Positions 29,982 to 40,052 of a DNA stretch of 64,000 bases are shown piece by piece; within the stretch, counting starts at the first letter, position 1, and each line of letters opens with the position of its first letter. Both the position numbers and the translations under genes were made by a program. The notes beneath the pieces were generated by a model. The model did not search any database and was not told the origin of the DNA. It saw only the letters and a list, made by a program, of their open reading frames with translations. Source of the DNA: Gammaproteobacteria bacterium (lineage in GTDB: Bacteria > Pseudomonadota > Gammaproteobacteria > Ga0077554 > Ga007554); contig JAKFXX010000005.1 of the NCBI GenBank assembly GCA_021731145.1, positions 18,821 through 82,820 on the forward strand, in the 5' to 3' direction.

Positions 29982-30150
29982 CCCGGATTGTCCATTAGCC
30001 CCAAAATTGTTCACTTAAAGTAGGTTGGGTCAAGCGAAGCGGACCCAACATTGCCTGAAGCAATGATTTTGTTGAGTCCGGAGCTTGCGCTCCTTGACCC
30101 AACCTACACATTGAGCCTGTCGAGGGGCCGTTCATGTACCCAACTTGTCA
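29982..30150. repeat. composite REP/MITE-like element (family A) in the flgH-flgI intergenic region
   Basis: Sequence cccggattgtccattagcccc...taggttgggtcaagcgaagcggacccaacattgc-ctgaagcaatgattttgttgagtccggagcttgcgctccttgacccaacctacaca-ttgagcctgtcgaggggccgttcatg. The same element with a nested insert occurs at ~59867-60092. Coordinates approximate. Confidence 0.5.
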
Positions 30151-30154
30151 TTTT

Positions 30155-30865
30155 TTAAAAAGGCCACCAACCACTGTTAAAGAATCTCGCCAGCCATCCT
30201 GAAGTATTCGAGTCGGCAATCACGCCGTCACCGGCATAGGTGATTTTGGCATCCGCCACCAGACTCGACAGCAAGGTATTGTCGCGTTGAATATCGACCG
30301 GGCGAACGATTCCGGAAAACCGCACATATTCGTTGCCCTGATTGATGGCCAGCAGCTTTTCACCGCGCACCACCAGATTGCCGTTAGGCAAGACCTCGGA
30401 TACCGTGACGCTGATGCGTCCATTCAGGCTGTTGCTTTGGCTGCTATCGCCTTGACCCGAAAAATTCTGGTCGGAATTCAGTTTGGCACTCAAATCATTA
30501 TTGGCATTGCTGGCCAGCGGGATCAGCCCCGGCGCACCGAACGTCAGCGCAGACCCCAGAATGACGGGAGCGGAAACATCCACCCCGGTCTTCTTCTTGG
30601 AATTCGTGCCCGCCTTCTTGCTGGCATCGGTCTTCTCTACCAGTATCACGGTAAGTATGTCGCCGACACGGCGCGCCTTGTTGTCCTCGAACAGCGCAAG
30701 CCCATACCCTGCCTGATAAATGGCGCCATTGCTTCTCGTGGCAGGCGGCGGCGTGGCGGGGCGCACCGGCGCATAGGCGGGATCACTCTGCGGAGGCGTG
30801 GTGGTGCAACCCGCCAGCATCAGCAGCCCCAGCAAGACAAGCAAATTTTTCTTGATCTGCTTCAT
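30155..30865 (-). CDS. flgH: flagellar L-ring lipoprotein FlgH
   Basis: Lipoprotein signal with LAGC lipobox. FlgH family. Confidence 0.85.
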   Translation of the reverse strand: MKQIKKNLLVLLGLLMLAGCTTTPPQSDPAYAPVRPATPPPATRSNGAIYQAGYGLALFEDNKARRVGDILTVILVEKTDASKKAGTNSKKKTGVDVSAPVILGSALTFGAPGLIPLASNANNDLSAKLNSDQNFSGQGDSSQSNSLNGRISVTVSEVLPNGNLVVRGEKLLAINQGNEYVRFSGIVRPVDIQRDNTLLSSLVADAKITYAGDGVIADSNTSGWLARFFNSGWWPF

Positions 30866-30939
30866 GTGTGATCTCTCTGCTCACTTAAAACCCGTCGATG
30901 CCTGGAAATATGCAACATCCTTGCCGTCGGCCACTATTT

Positions 30940-31725
30940 TTACAAATTATTTGTCACAAACTTCAACATCTGATCCGCAGCGGCAATCGCCTTGGAATCC
31001 ATTTCATAGGCACGCTGGGTTTCGATCATATTGACCAGCTCTTCCACAACATTGACATTGGAGCTTTCCACTGACCCCTGCGCCAATGTGCCCAAGCCTG
31101 TTACACCCGGCGCGCCCGTTTGTGGTGAACCGCTGGAAGCAGACTCGCGGTATACATTCTGGCCAACCGGCATCAAACCGACGGGATTGATGAAATCCGC
31201 CAATTGGATTGAACCCACCTGCGTCGGCGCGGTTGAACCCGGCAACAGCACGCCCACCGTGCCATCGGAGCCTACGGTGATGCTCTGCGAATTCTCAGGG
31301 ATGCTGATTGCGGGTTGCACTACATAGCCGCTGGCGGTAACAAGTTGCCCTTGTGCGTTCACCTGAAATGAACCATCGCGCGTGTACCCCAGCGTGCCAT
31401 CCGGTGTCAGCACCTGGAAAAAACCGCGCCCCTGAATCCCCATATCCAGGGGATTGCCGGTTTGCACGATATTGCCTTGCGTGAACAGCTTTTCCGTGGC
31501 CACCGTGCGCACGCCAGTACCGAGCAACAAGCCGGATGGCAATGCTGTTTCCTGAGTACTCTGAGCACCCACTTGACGCACATTCTGATAAAGCAAATCC
31601 TCGAACACCGCCCTGCCGCGCTTAAAGCCGGTGGTGTTGACGTTGGCCAGGTTATTGGAAATCACCGCCATGCGCGTCTGCTGTGCGTCAAGGCCGGTCT
31701 TGGCAATCCATAGTGCGGGATTCAT
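30940..31725 (-). CDS. flgG: distal rod protein FlgG
   Basis: 261 aa with conserved rod N- and C-termini ([14 protein letters not shown]...). Confidence 0.9.
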   Translation of the reverse strand: MNPALWIAKTGLDAQQTRMAVISNNLANVNTTGFKRGRAVFEDLLYQNVRQVGAQSTQETALPSGLLLGTGVRTVATEKLFTQGNIVQTGNPLDMGIQGRGFFQVLTPDGTLGYTRDGSFQVNAQGQLVTASGYVVQPAISIPENSQSITVGSDGTVGVLLPGSTAPTQVGSIQLADFINPVGLMPVGQNVYRESASSGSPQTGAPGVTGLGTLAQGSVESSNVNVVEELVNMIETQRAYEMDSKAIAAADQMLKFVTNNL

Positions 31726-31782
31726 TGGGTATTCCTTATTTTTAAAAAATATTTCTGGTCAAAGAGAAAGCGGGATAAATTT

Positions 31783-32523
31783 CTAACCCATTCTCATCAA
31801 TTGTGCCGAAGCGGCGTCGTTTTCCTGCGCGGCGCGCATCATCTTGATCTGCGTTTCAAACTGGCGCCCCAGTTCGATCATCCTCACCATCGCCTCTATG
31901 GCGTTGACATTGCTCGACTCGAGCACGCCGCTGGACAGTTGTACCGTCGCATCTGCTACCGCATCCTTCCCGTCCTTGACGCGCATCAGACCATCCGTGC
32001 CTTTTTCCATTTGTCCTTGCGGCGGCTTAACCAATTTAATTCTGTCTACCACTGCCAATGCGTTCGCCGCCTGCCCCACGGGCCGGATCGAGATCGTACC
32101 GTCGGCACCGATCTCCAGTTTCTCGAAGGGCGGCACGGCAATTGGTCCGCCGTTACCCATCACCGCACGTCCCGCGCCGGTCTCCAGTCGACCATTGACT
32201 GTCACACGCAAATCACCGGCGCGGGTGTATGCTTCTCTGCCATCGGCGTCCTGCACGGCGATCCATCCCTCACCATTAACCGCGACATCAAGTTCGCGTC
32301 CGGTGGTGGAAAATGTCCCTGCAAGCAAATCCATGCCCGGCTTTTCCGTCTGTGCATACACCCGGCTGGGGTAGCCTGGGCCATACACTGGCAGGCTGCG
32401 AAACGCCTCAAGATCGGCGCGAAATCCTGTGGTATTCACATTCGCCAGATTATTGGTGTTCACCGCCTGCGCCAGCATGGTCTGCTTGGCGCCGGACATT
32501 GCGACATAAAGCATGCGGTCCAT
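31783..32523 (-). CDS. flgF: proximal rod protein FlgF
   Basis: 246 aa, FlgF family. Confidence 0.85.
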   Translation of the reverse strand: MDRMLYVAMSGAKQTMLAQAVNTNNLANVNTTGFRADLEAFRSLPVYGPGYPSRVYAQTEKPGMDLLAGTFSTTGRELDVAVNGEGWIAVQDADGREAYTRAGDLRVTVNGRLETGAGRAVMGNGGPIAVPPFEKLEIGADGTISIRPVGQAANALAVVDRIKLVKPPQGQMEKGTDGLMRVKDGKDAVADATVQLSSGVLESSNVNAIEAMVRMIELGRQFETQIKMMRAAQENDAASAQLMRMG

Positions 32524-32548
32524 GGTTATCGCTCGCGATTAATTATTT

Positions 32549-33826
32549 TCAACGGATATTGATAATGGTCTGGGTAATCGCATCCGCAGTGGTGATCACC
32601 TGTGCATTGGCCTGGAAATTACGTTGCGCCGTAATCATGGTGACCAATTGCTCAGTGAGATCCACATTCGATCCTTCCAGCGCGCCCGATTGCACCAGTC
32701 CCAGGCTACCCCCGCCCGGTGGGCCAACCAGTGCCGCACCCGAATCATAGGTTTCCCCCCAGGCGGTGTCGCCCAACTGGCGCAGCCCCTGAGGATTGCT
32801 GAAATTGGCCAGGGCGACTTGTCCCAGCGCGCGCGACTGGCCATTGGTATAACGTGACTGCACAATACCTGTGTCGCCGATATCAATCCCGCTCAATCGG
32901 CCCGTGGCAAAGCCATCTTGCGTAAGGGCATTGACACTGAAAGGGCTACCATACTGTGAAGTTTTGGAATAATCCACATCAAATGACATGTCCGCCGCGC
33001 CGGTCTGCGGATTAACCGGGGCGTAGTCAACCGTCAGCGTGCCCGCCAGAGAAGGTGTGACTGACGTGATTCCACCGCTAGACGAAAAGTTCAGTTTGGC
33101 GGGCTGCCCCGCCACATTGCCGTTCGGGATAACCTCAATCGGCGTACCCGCGCCATTGGTCAGCCACAGATGAGTTTCATACTCGTTGAGATTGCTTGTT
33201 TTGCGGTAATACATCGTACCGAGATTCGCGTTACCCAAAGAATCATAGAGAGTCACCGCAGTTGAATTGGTGTAGCTTGTCGGATCGGTGCGATCAAATG
33301 CCGGCAAGGCTGGATACGGTGCAAACGGTGTGGCATTGGCGTTGAGATTGGCGGCTACAGATACAGCCGTCGAAGCACGCGGCGCGATATCCGACGTACT
33401 TAACTGCAAGTCACCACGCGAGCCGGTAATATTACCATTCACATCGGCCTGAAATGCCGTTAAACGCTGATTCTGGCTATTGACTATATAGCCGTCACGA
33501 TCCGCTTGAAATGCACCGGAGCGGGTATAAGCCGGCACGCCGCCGTCATTCAGCACGAAGAATCCCTGTCCGTTAATGGCTAGATCGAGATTGTTGTTGG
33601 TAAAGCCGATGTTCCCCTGGGTAAACTGCTGCGCCACCGCCGCCACCCGCGCACCGCTGCCGATGGCGTTCTGGGAAATGCCCAGGTTGCTTGTTGCATA
33701 AACGTCCGCAAACTCGGCGCGCGATTTTTTGAATCCGGTCGTGCTGGCATTGGCAACGTTGTTGCCTATGACTTTCAGTTCGGCTGATGCTGCATTTATA
33801 CCGCTTAAAGCTATACGGAATGGCAT
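32549..33826 (-). CDS. flgE: flagellar hook protein FlgE
   Basis: 425 aa, FlgE family. Confidence 0.9.
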   Translation of the reverse strand: MPFRIALSGINAASAELKVIGNNVANASTTGFKKSRAEFADVYATSNLGISQNAIGSGARVAAVAQQFTQGNIGFTNNNLDLAINGQGFFVLNDGGVPAYTRSGAFQADRDGYIVNSQNQRLTAFQADVNGNITGSRGDLQLSTSDIAPRASTAVSVAANLNANATPFAPYPALPAFDRTDPTSYTNSTAVTLYDSLGNANLGTMYYRKTSNLNEYETHLWLTNGAGTPIEVIPNGNVAGQPAKLNFSSSGGITSVTPSLAGTLTVDYAPVNPQTGAADMSFDVDYSKTSQYGSPFSVNALTQDGFATGRLSGIDIGDTGIVQSRYTNGQSRALGQVALANFSNPQGLRQLGDTAWGETYDSGAALVGPPGGGSLGLVQSGALEGSNVDLTEQLVTMITAQRNFQANAQVITTADAITQTIINIR

Positions 33827-33853
33827 ATCATTTATCCTCTTGTAAAAACCTAA

Positions 33854-34528
33854 TCACATAATTTGCCGGACGTTGGACAACTCCAACGGACCCAGTCCAG
33901 TTACATTCAACGTCGGCCCCTGAGCTCCTCGTCCGAGCGTGACACTCTCAACCTTCGCAGACATCAGCGTGTCAACGGCCGTCGTCTTGCCCTCCATCAC
34001 CGCGCTGGCAGCGACCTTGTATTTTCCTGCCGGCGCGGTATCACCCGCATCGGTCTTGCCATCCCATGTGAAGCTGGCCAACCCAGCGGGCTGCGGCCCC
34101 ATTTCCAGACGCCTGACCACCTGGCCGGACTGGTTATATACCGCCAGCGAAACACCCGAGGTACTGGCAGGCAAATCCACCGCCCCACCCAGATTGTCAC
34201 CTTGCGCCAGCACGCCCGCCTCGCCCGGCACCAGCACCGAACGTCCCACCAGCGCCGAGGCCTGTAGCGCCTGACTGGATTGCATTGCAGTTGCGAACTG
34301 GCTGAAAGAGGTTTGCAATTCCTTAATACCCGTCACAGCACTAAACTGCGCCATCTGCCCCATAAATTCGCCATTCTGCATAGGCTTCATGGGATCCTGA
34401 TTCTTCAACTGGGTAACCATCAGCTTCAAAAACTCATCCTGTCCCAGACGATCTTTTTTGACCGTCTGCTCAGGTTTCTTCGTCAGGCCAAGACTTTCCA
34501 GCGCGCCGGTATCAATTTTTGTACTCAT
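33854..34528 (-). CDS. flgD: hook capping protein FlgD
   Basis: 224 aa, FlgD family. Confidence 0.8.
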   Translation of the reverse strand: MSTKIDTGALESLGLTKKPEQTVKKDRLGQDEFLKLMVTQLKNQDPMKPMQNGEFMGQMAQFSAVTGIKELQTSFSQFATAMQSSQALQASALVGRSVLVPGEAGVLAQGDNLGGAVDLPASTSGVSLAVYNQSGQVVRRLEMGPQPAGLASFTWDGKTDAGDTAPAGKYKVAASAVMEGKTTAVDTLMSAKVESVTLGRGAQGPTLNVTGLGPLELSNVRQIM

Positions 34529-34552
34529 AACTTTTCTCCTTGGACGACTTGC

Positions 34553-34963
34553 TTACTGGCCCAGCCTCAGCGTTGCCAGCAAAAGTTGTTTGGAGGTATT
34601 CATCACCTCCACGTTGTTCTGATAAGAGCGTGAGGCAGAAATCATATTGGCCATTTGCTCAACCACATTCACATTCGGCAGATAGATATAGCCCTGCGCA
34701 TCCGCCAGCGGGTGGCCCGGCTCATAACGGCTTTGCACCGGCGCGTCATTTTCAACCACACCCAAAACACGCACACTGGCCGCATCATCGCCGGACAGCT
34801 TATCCATCACTGCCGAAAAAACCGGCTCGCGCGCCCTATACACACCTGCCGCATTGCCGCTGATGCTCTCGGCATTAGCCAGATTGCTGGCCGTCACGTT
34901 GAGGCGCAGCGACTGCGCACTCATTCCCGACCCTGCAATATCAAATATTTTGAAAGAAGACAT
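34553..34963 (-). CDS. flgC: rod protein FlgC
   Basis: 136 aa, FlgC family. Confidence 0.9.
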   Translation of the reverse strand: MSSFKIFDIAGSGMSAQSLRLNVTASNLANAESISGNAAGVYRAREPVFSAVMDKLSGDDAASVRVLGVVENDAPVQSRYEPGHPLADAQGYIYLPNVNVVEQMANMISASRSYQNNVEVMNTSKQLLLATLRLGQ

Positions 34964-34966
34964 GGA

Positions 34967-35371
34967 TTAATCTCCCCTGATCGCCGTCATCAAACCCTTG
35001 ATGCGGCCATTGAGAAAAGTGAGTGTGGCCTGATACTGAATCGCATTGCGGGTAAATTCAACCTGCTCTGTCTCCGTATCCACCGTATTGCCATCCAGTG
35101 ACGACTGCTCCGGAACGCGATATTTCACCGACCCCGACACCAAATCCAAACCAGAGGGAAGATGGGTCGCATGGGTACGCGCCAAAACGGAAGAACCACT
35201 GCTTGATTGATCCCTGGCCTGATCCAGAGCTGCTTTGAAATCAATATCCTTGGCCTTGTAATTCGGCGTATCCGCATTGGCCATATTGGCCGCCAGAATT
35301 TCCGCGCGGTGCGCGCGCAAGGAAAGCGCCTGCGGATATATTCCTAATGCTTTGTCGAGATTGATTGGCAT
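34967..35371 (-). CDS. flgB: rod protein FlgB
   Basis: 134 aa, FlgB family. Confidence 0.9.
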   Translation of the reverse strand: MPINLDKALGIYPQALSLRAHRAEILAANMANADTPNYKAKDIDFKAALDQARDQSSSGSSVLARTHATHLPSGLDLVSGSVKYRVPEQSSLDGNTVDTETEQVEFTRNAIQYQATLTFLNGRIKGLMTAIRGD

Positions 35372-35409
35372 CGATTGACTCCATCCTTACTGTACCTGCC
35401 AAGGATCAA

Positions 35410-35425
35410 TGCAGAGTCTGTGCCA
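35410..35425 (-). promoter_or_regulatory. sigma54 promoter of the flgBCDEFGHIJKL operon
   Basis: Minus strand reads TGGCAC-agact-cTGCA against consensus TGGCAC-N5-TTGCA. Sits ~40 nt upstream of the flgB ATG in the cheR-flgB gap. Confidence 0.55.
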
Positions 35426-35533
35426 AAACTTATATGATATTTTAAAACAATGAGTTACATTACAAATGGAGGGGAGGGTTCGTGTCCTGCGGCAATATAC
35501 TTCCGCTTTGCGGCAAACCTTGCAGGGGGCAGA

Positions 35534-36427
35534 TTACTTCTTTTTGAGACGATACACCATTCCGCCTTGGCAGCGAACGGTGTCAAAAGCATCCGAATAG
35601 CTCGATACGGATTCGGATGCCCCAAGAAACAGATAACCTTCCGGCGCCAGCACCTGAGCAAAACGCGCGATGATGTCTCGCTTTAAATCGTTTGAAAAAT
35701 AGATCAACACGTTGCGGCAGAAAATCACGTCAAACTTGCCCAGTGCGGAATAATCCTTTTTCATCAGATTTAATTCCGTGAAAGTGACACGTTTGCGTAT
35801 TTCATTTTTGACCTCCCACAGGGATCCTTTTGGGTCAAAAAATCGCCTTCTGCGTTCATCAGACATGCCCCGCGCCAACGTCATGGAATCGTACAGACCC
35901 GCCTTGGCGTCCTTGAGCATGGTGGGTGAGATATCAGTGGCGGATATCTGCACCCCTGCGGGAAAACTGCCCGGTTTACTGTTCAAGTATTCCTGAGCGA
36001 CGATACTGATAGAATAAGGCTCCTGCCCCGATGAGCAAGCCGCCGACCAGATCCGCATCGGACGTGCAGACTTTCCCGCCAGCTCCGGCAAAATGTGTCC
36101 CTTGAGAATTTCGAAAGGCGACTGATCACGAAACCAGAGGGTTTCGTTGGTCGTCATGGCGTCCACAATACGTTCACGCAAACCGGATTTTACGTCACGT
36201 TCAAGACGCTCCACGAGCTCACCAATTGACAGGATGCCTGCCTCCTCCAACAGGCGGTTAAGGCGACTGATCACCAAATAGTGTTTGTTGTCGCCGAGCG
36301 TAATACCGCAGGCAGACTCAAGAAAGCCGCAAAAGGCCGCATACTCTTGATGAGGGATGGTTTGGTTTGGCACGGGACTCCCTGGCATTTTATCGACCAT
36401 TGCGCCTTGGCAATCTGCATACACCAT
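35534..36427 (-). CDS. cheR: CheR-family MCP methyltransferase (flagellar-locus copy, intact)
   Basis: Carries MRIWSAACSSGQEPYSI and a SAM-methyltransferase C-terminal domain. An alternative start at MVDKMPG is possible. Confidence 0.8.
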   Translation of the reverse strand: MVYADCQGAMVDKMPGSPVPNQTIPHQEYAAFCGFLESACGITLGDNKHYLVISRLNRLLEEAGILSIGELVERLERDVKSGLRERIVDAMTTNETLWFRDQSPFEILKGHILPELAGKSARPMRIWSAACSSGQEPYSISIVAQEYLNSKPGSFPAGVQISATDISPTMLKDAKAGLYDSMTLARGMSDERRRRFFDPKGSLWEVKNEIRKRVTFTELNLMKKDYSALGKFDVIFCRNVLIYFSNDLKRDIIARFAQVLAPEGYLFLGASESVSSYSDAFDTVRCQGGMVYRLKKK

Positions 36428-36452
36428 GCAACAGATGGCGCTTATGAAATAC

Positions 36453-37400
36453 TCAAGCAGCCTGTATTTTCCCGGCGCTGTACGACTTTATCCTCTTCAA
36501 GGCCGCCGCCGCAAGGTCATCCGCACTGAATTTTGCGATAAACTCATCCGCGCCAACCTTTTTCACCATGGCGTCGTTGAATACGCCGCTTAATGACGAA
36601 TGCAGCATGACATAGAGGCCGCGTAAACGTTCGTCCTTGCGGATCTCGGTCGTCAACGTATAACCATCCATTTCTGGCATTTCAATGTCGGAAATCACCA
36701 GACTCAGACGCTGCAGGAGAGGATCTTGCGTATCAGCCCATTTTTTCAACAACTCCAGCGCCTCACGGCCATCCGGCGCCAGGGTATATGAAATTTTCAT
36801 CTGATCAAGAGTGCGCTTGATCTGATTTCGCGCCACACTGGAATCATCCACAATCAACACATGGGGTTGCATGCCATGTTGTGCAACACCTTCTTCAACC
36901 AGATCCTCGGAAATCACCGTGGAACAGTGGATGATCTCGGCAAACACCTTCTCCACATCAAGGATCTCGATCAATTGGTCATTGAGCCGCGTCACCGCCG
37001 TCAGATAACTGCTGGAACCCGTGCCTTTTGGCGGCGCCAGCACCGACTCCCAATTCATATTGACGATACGTTCCATGCCATTTACCAGCAATCCCTGAAC
37101 CGATCGGTTATATTCCGTGACAATCACATAGCCACGCGTCGGATCTACCATGGGCGTCTGGCCTATAGCCATGGATAGATCAATCACAGGGATGGTTTTT
37201 CCGCGTATCGTGGCAACACCGCAGACTGAAGGATGGGATTTGGGCAAATGCGCCAGCGGCGGGCATTGAATAACTTCACGGACCTTAAAGACATTGATAC
37301 CAAAGTGCTGCGTGTCATTCAGCCGGAACAACAACAGCTCCAGCCGATTCTGCCCCACCATTTGGGTTCGTTTGTCCACACCATCCAATACGCTTGCCAT
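36453..37400 (-). CDS. cheV: CheV (CheW-like domain + receiver domain)
   Basis: CheW-like N-terminal half, receiver-domain C-terminal half (VLIVDDSSVARNQI...VISDIEMPEMDG). Start set at MASVLDGVDKRTQ; the track ORF begins at a GTG at 37448. Confidence 0.8.
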   Translation of the reverse strand: MASVLDGVDKRTQMVGQNRLELLLFRLNDTQHFGINVFKVREVIQCPPLAHLPKSHPSVCGVATIRGKTIPVIDLSMAIGQTPMVDPTRGYVIVTEYNRSVQGLLVNGMERIVNMNWESVLAPPKGTGSSSYLTAVTRLNDQLIEILDVEKVFAEIIHCSTVISEDLVEEGVAQHGMQPHVLIVDDSSVARNQIKRTLDQMKISYTLAPDGREALELLKKWADTQDPLLQRLSLVISDIEMPEMDGYTLTTEIRKDERLRGLYVMLHSSLSGVFNDAMVKKVGADEFIAKFSADDLAAAALKRIKSYSAGKIQAA

Positions 37401-37476
37401 GCCATTCTCCTTAAGAACGTCATTTATTGATATGCGAAGTATCGGCACGGTACTCCGATACTTAAGCAGTACCTGA

Positions 37477-37683
37477 GAAACAGACGCTGCTTTTCATAAG
37501 TTCTTGTTCTTTCATACACTGAAAACCGAGCTGGTTCACCATCGTCGCTACCAGACCCGGGCCGAGGCCAAGCAGGAAATATTTGAATACATCGAGGTGT
37601 TTTATAACCGCCAGAGACTGCACTCGACTATCGATTATCAAACCCCATCGGGCCATGAAGAACAAAACCGAAATGCCGCGTGA
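37477..37683 (+). mobile_element. IS3-family transposase C-terminal remnant (~60 codons, no start)
   Basis: Plus frame reads ...[60 protein letters not shown], matching the conserved OrfB C-terminus of IS3-family elements. Confidence 0.5.
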
Positions 37684-37965
37684 AATTTTGTCCGGAAAAG
37701 GCTTGCCAGATCACATTTTTATGAAGGGCGAGATGCTGGGGCATCAGTTGGCGTATCGCCCACAAGGTCGTTCGAGAAAGGCTGGTAGCGCGCCTTATTT
37801 TTTCTTCTCTTTTGTGAAAAAGCCCACTAACTCCGAAGAATTAGTGGGCTTTAATGTGCTGGCGGTACGCCAGCACCAGGCACTATCTGTTTACTGTTCC
37901 GCACCCACTTCCACCCCTCAAGTAAAGGGGGGGGAAAGACAAGTACTTGGTTTACTGAAAACCGC

Positions 37966-39636
37966 TTACCAGGAGAAGCCAACACCTACGCCATACACCG
38001 TGGTGCGGCCGCCGTTGTTGGTGGCAACGGAAACTTTGACCACAGCATTCGTAGCCATCCGGTAGGAAGCGCCAAGTGCCAGCGCGGCCCGGCTCTGGAA
38101 GTTGCCGAGGCCGAGGCCTACCCCGAAAGTCTTGTTCTGGTCAACCTGCGGAATGTTGGCCATGGCGGAAACTCCGGCTACACCAGCAGCAACTTGCTGC
38201 ATCTGACGATAGTTGACCGCGTCGAAAGGCTGCGTACCGTCGGCTACGCCATGCACTTGAACTGGCGCACCCGTGGCGGAATTGCTGAAAGAGGCCCCAT
38301 TATCGTCAAGCGTCAGGCTGGTGGAATTGGCGCCGCCAGACAGGGTCGCCTGGGATTCCGTTACGACCAGACCATGGGTATTTCCGATTCCGTTGGTTAC
38401 CGTCAGGGATGCAGTGGTTTGCGCAACGTTGCCGGTGGTAATCTTGCCATTAGCATCCACCACGGCGCCTCTTGAACCCGTGTTGGCAATCGATGTCTGG
38501 CCACTGGTGACTTGAGTCGCGCCGCCGAGTACCGAGGTGCCAGATGTTACAGTGGTCGACGCCGAGCCATTACCGACGAACATGGTGCTATTACCGCCAA
38601 CTGCCCTCACCGTCGTGCCAGCGTTGGTGCTGCCCAACACGTTGGTGCTGGCGAATGCTGCGTTATTGCCGATGTTGTTGGTGCTGATGGCGCCGCCATT
38701 GCCGATATTATTCGTCGTTACATACGCATTGACGCCAATATTGTTGGTAGCGCTATTCAGGCTGGTGGTATTTGTCAAGTTACCCATCGTCACCGCGCCG
38801 GTGCTGCTGCCGGTGTTGATGTTGGTTGCCGCATTGATGCTGGCATTGATGCTCGTCGTGCCGGCGATATTGTTGGTGCCGCCGAGCATCCCGATGCTCG
38901 TCGTCGCGGCAGCACCTGTGGCGATATTGGTTGCCGCGCCGCCCAGCGCATTGATATTGGTGGTACCCAAAACGGTATTGGTCGCACCGGTGATGGCTGT
39001 GGTACCTGTCGTATTACCAATGTTAGTGTTGCCCGTTCCTGCGGCAGAGATATTGGTTGTGCCTGCGCCGGCGTTGTTGATATCAACCGTACCACCCGCG
39101 CCGCTCAGGGTCGTGGTTGCGGTGCCGGTGGTGTTGACGTTGGTCGCGCCCAAAACCGTGTTGGTCGCACCGGTGATGGCAACGGCGCCAGTGGTGTTAC
39201 CAATGTTGGTGTTGCCCGTTCCTGCGGCAGAGATATTGGTTGTGCCTGCGCCGGCGTTGTTGATATCAACCGTGCCGCCCGCGCCGCTCAGGGTCGTGGT
39301 TGCAGTGCCGGTGTTGTTGATTTTGGTCGCGCCGATCACATCCACGGTACCTGTACCCACCGTCACCTCTACGTCACCAGCACCGGCGTTAATTGTGGTC
39401 GCGGCCTCCACTTTCACTGCGTCAGTGCCGATCGTCAGTTCCACAGCACCGGCACCGACGTCGTTGGTAATGCCTGCTGCAGCTGCATCTGCGGTCAAAT
39501 TTATGTCGGCCTTACCAGCGGTGGCGGTATGGGTAGCCGCATTAATATCAGAAGCAGCCATGACCTTCCCACCACCCAATGATGCCACTATAGCCAGTGC
39601 CAGCGCGCTCTTACGAAACTGAAATTTACTTTGCAT
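37966..39636 (-). CDS. trimeric autotransporter adhesin (YadA-like) with signal peptide, Gly/Thr/Asn-rich repetitive passenger and YadA-type membrane anchor
   Basis: 556 aa. The C-terminus AGVAGVSAMANIPQV...NKTFGVGLGLGNFQSRAALALGASYR...VKVSVATNNGGRTTVYGVGVGFSW matches the YadA anchor domain. Confidence 0.75.
   Translation of the reverse strand: MQSKFQFRKSALALAIVASLGGGKVMAASDINAATHTATAGKADINLTADAAAAGITNDVGAGAVELTIGTDAVKVEAATTINAGAGDVEVTVGTGTVDVIGATKINNTGTATTTLSGAGGTVDINNAGAGTTNISAAGTGNTNIGNTTGAVAITGATNTVLGATNVNTTGTATTTLSGAGGTVDINNAGAGTTNISAAGTGNTNIGNTTGTTAITGATNTVLGTTNINALGGAATNIATGAAATTSIGMLGGTNNIAGTTSINASINAATNINTGSSTGAVTMGNLTNTTSLNSATNNIGVNAYVTTNNIGNGGAISTNNIGNNAAFASTNVLGSTNAGTTVRAVGGNSTMFVGNGSASTTVTSGTSVLGGATQVTSGQTSIANTGSRGAVVDANGKITTGNVAQTTASLTVTNGIGNTHGLVVTESQATLSGGANSTSLTLDDNGASFSNSATGAPVQVHGVADGTQPFDAVNYRQMQQVAAGVAGVSAMANIPQVDQNKTFGVGLGLGNFQSRAALALGASYRMATNAVVKVSVATNNGGRTTVYGVGVGFSW
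38956..39315 (-). repeat. two near-identical 180-nt (60-aa) tandem repeats within the adhesin passenger domain
   Basis: Residues 108-167 and 168-227 (NNTGTATTTLSGAGGTVDINNAGAGTTNISAAGTGNTNIGNTTG.AITGATNTVLG.TN.) are nearly identical at nucleotide level. Confidence 0.7.
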
Positions 39637-39783
39637 TTTTTATTTCTCCTGAAAAGTCAACCCTTACACTCAGACTGAAACTGTATCATACACGGAATGG
39701 ATACCCACTTCCCACTACGGCATCAAAGTGCCAAAGTAGTGGTTGTTTAACGGGCCACTCAACATAAGGAAGGCGCATCCGAA

Positions 39784-39888
39784 ATGAAGATTACGACACT
39801 GGGTATCGATTTGGCAAAGACTATTTTTGACCGCCCAGGCAAATGCGGTTCGAGCAAGGTCCAATGTTTGTCAGAGATGTCGTGTCGA
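39784..39888 (+). mobile_element. IS110-family transposase N-terminal remnant (34 codons, then stop)
   Basis: AGGAAGG RBS then MKITTLGIDLAKTIFDRPGKCGSSKVQCLSEMSCR*. The GIDLAK..F motif is the hallmark N-terminus of IS110/IS1111 transposases. Followed by short inverted repeats. Confidence 0.35.
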
Positions 39889-40052
39889 TGAAGGGTGTCT
39901 AGCATTCGGTTATGGACTCTTGAACGAAAACCGCATTTTGACACATCTTGTGACGACAGTATCTAGTAGATGTCTGTGACAACCGGATAAGCATAATTTC
40001 TTTGATTGTGCTTTTACATTTCTATTGGCTCACATTTTGCTTACTCAAGGAC

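Noticed and set aside
38956-39315. Tandem direct repeats in the adhesin gene and the iteron clusters considered as possible CRISPR arrays
   Set aside because: No repeat-spacer-repeat periodicity of 28-37-nt repeats. Adhesin repeats are in-frame coding repeats, iterons are 7-mers within a gene, and no cas genes are nearby.
38512-39622. Long plus-strand ORFs (356 and 361 aa) opposite the adhesin gene
   Set aside because: They are antisense mirror frames of a GC-rich, highly repetitive coding region. The translations are low-complexity (A/V/P/R-rich) with no motifs. The minus-strand product has a clear signal peptide and YadA anchor.
39759-39944. 61-aa minus-strand ORF upstream of the adhesin
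   Set aside because: It overlaps the better-supported plus-strand IS110-like relic (RBS + MKITTLGIDLAK) and has no features of its own.
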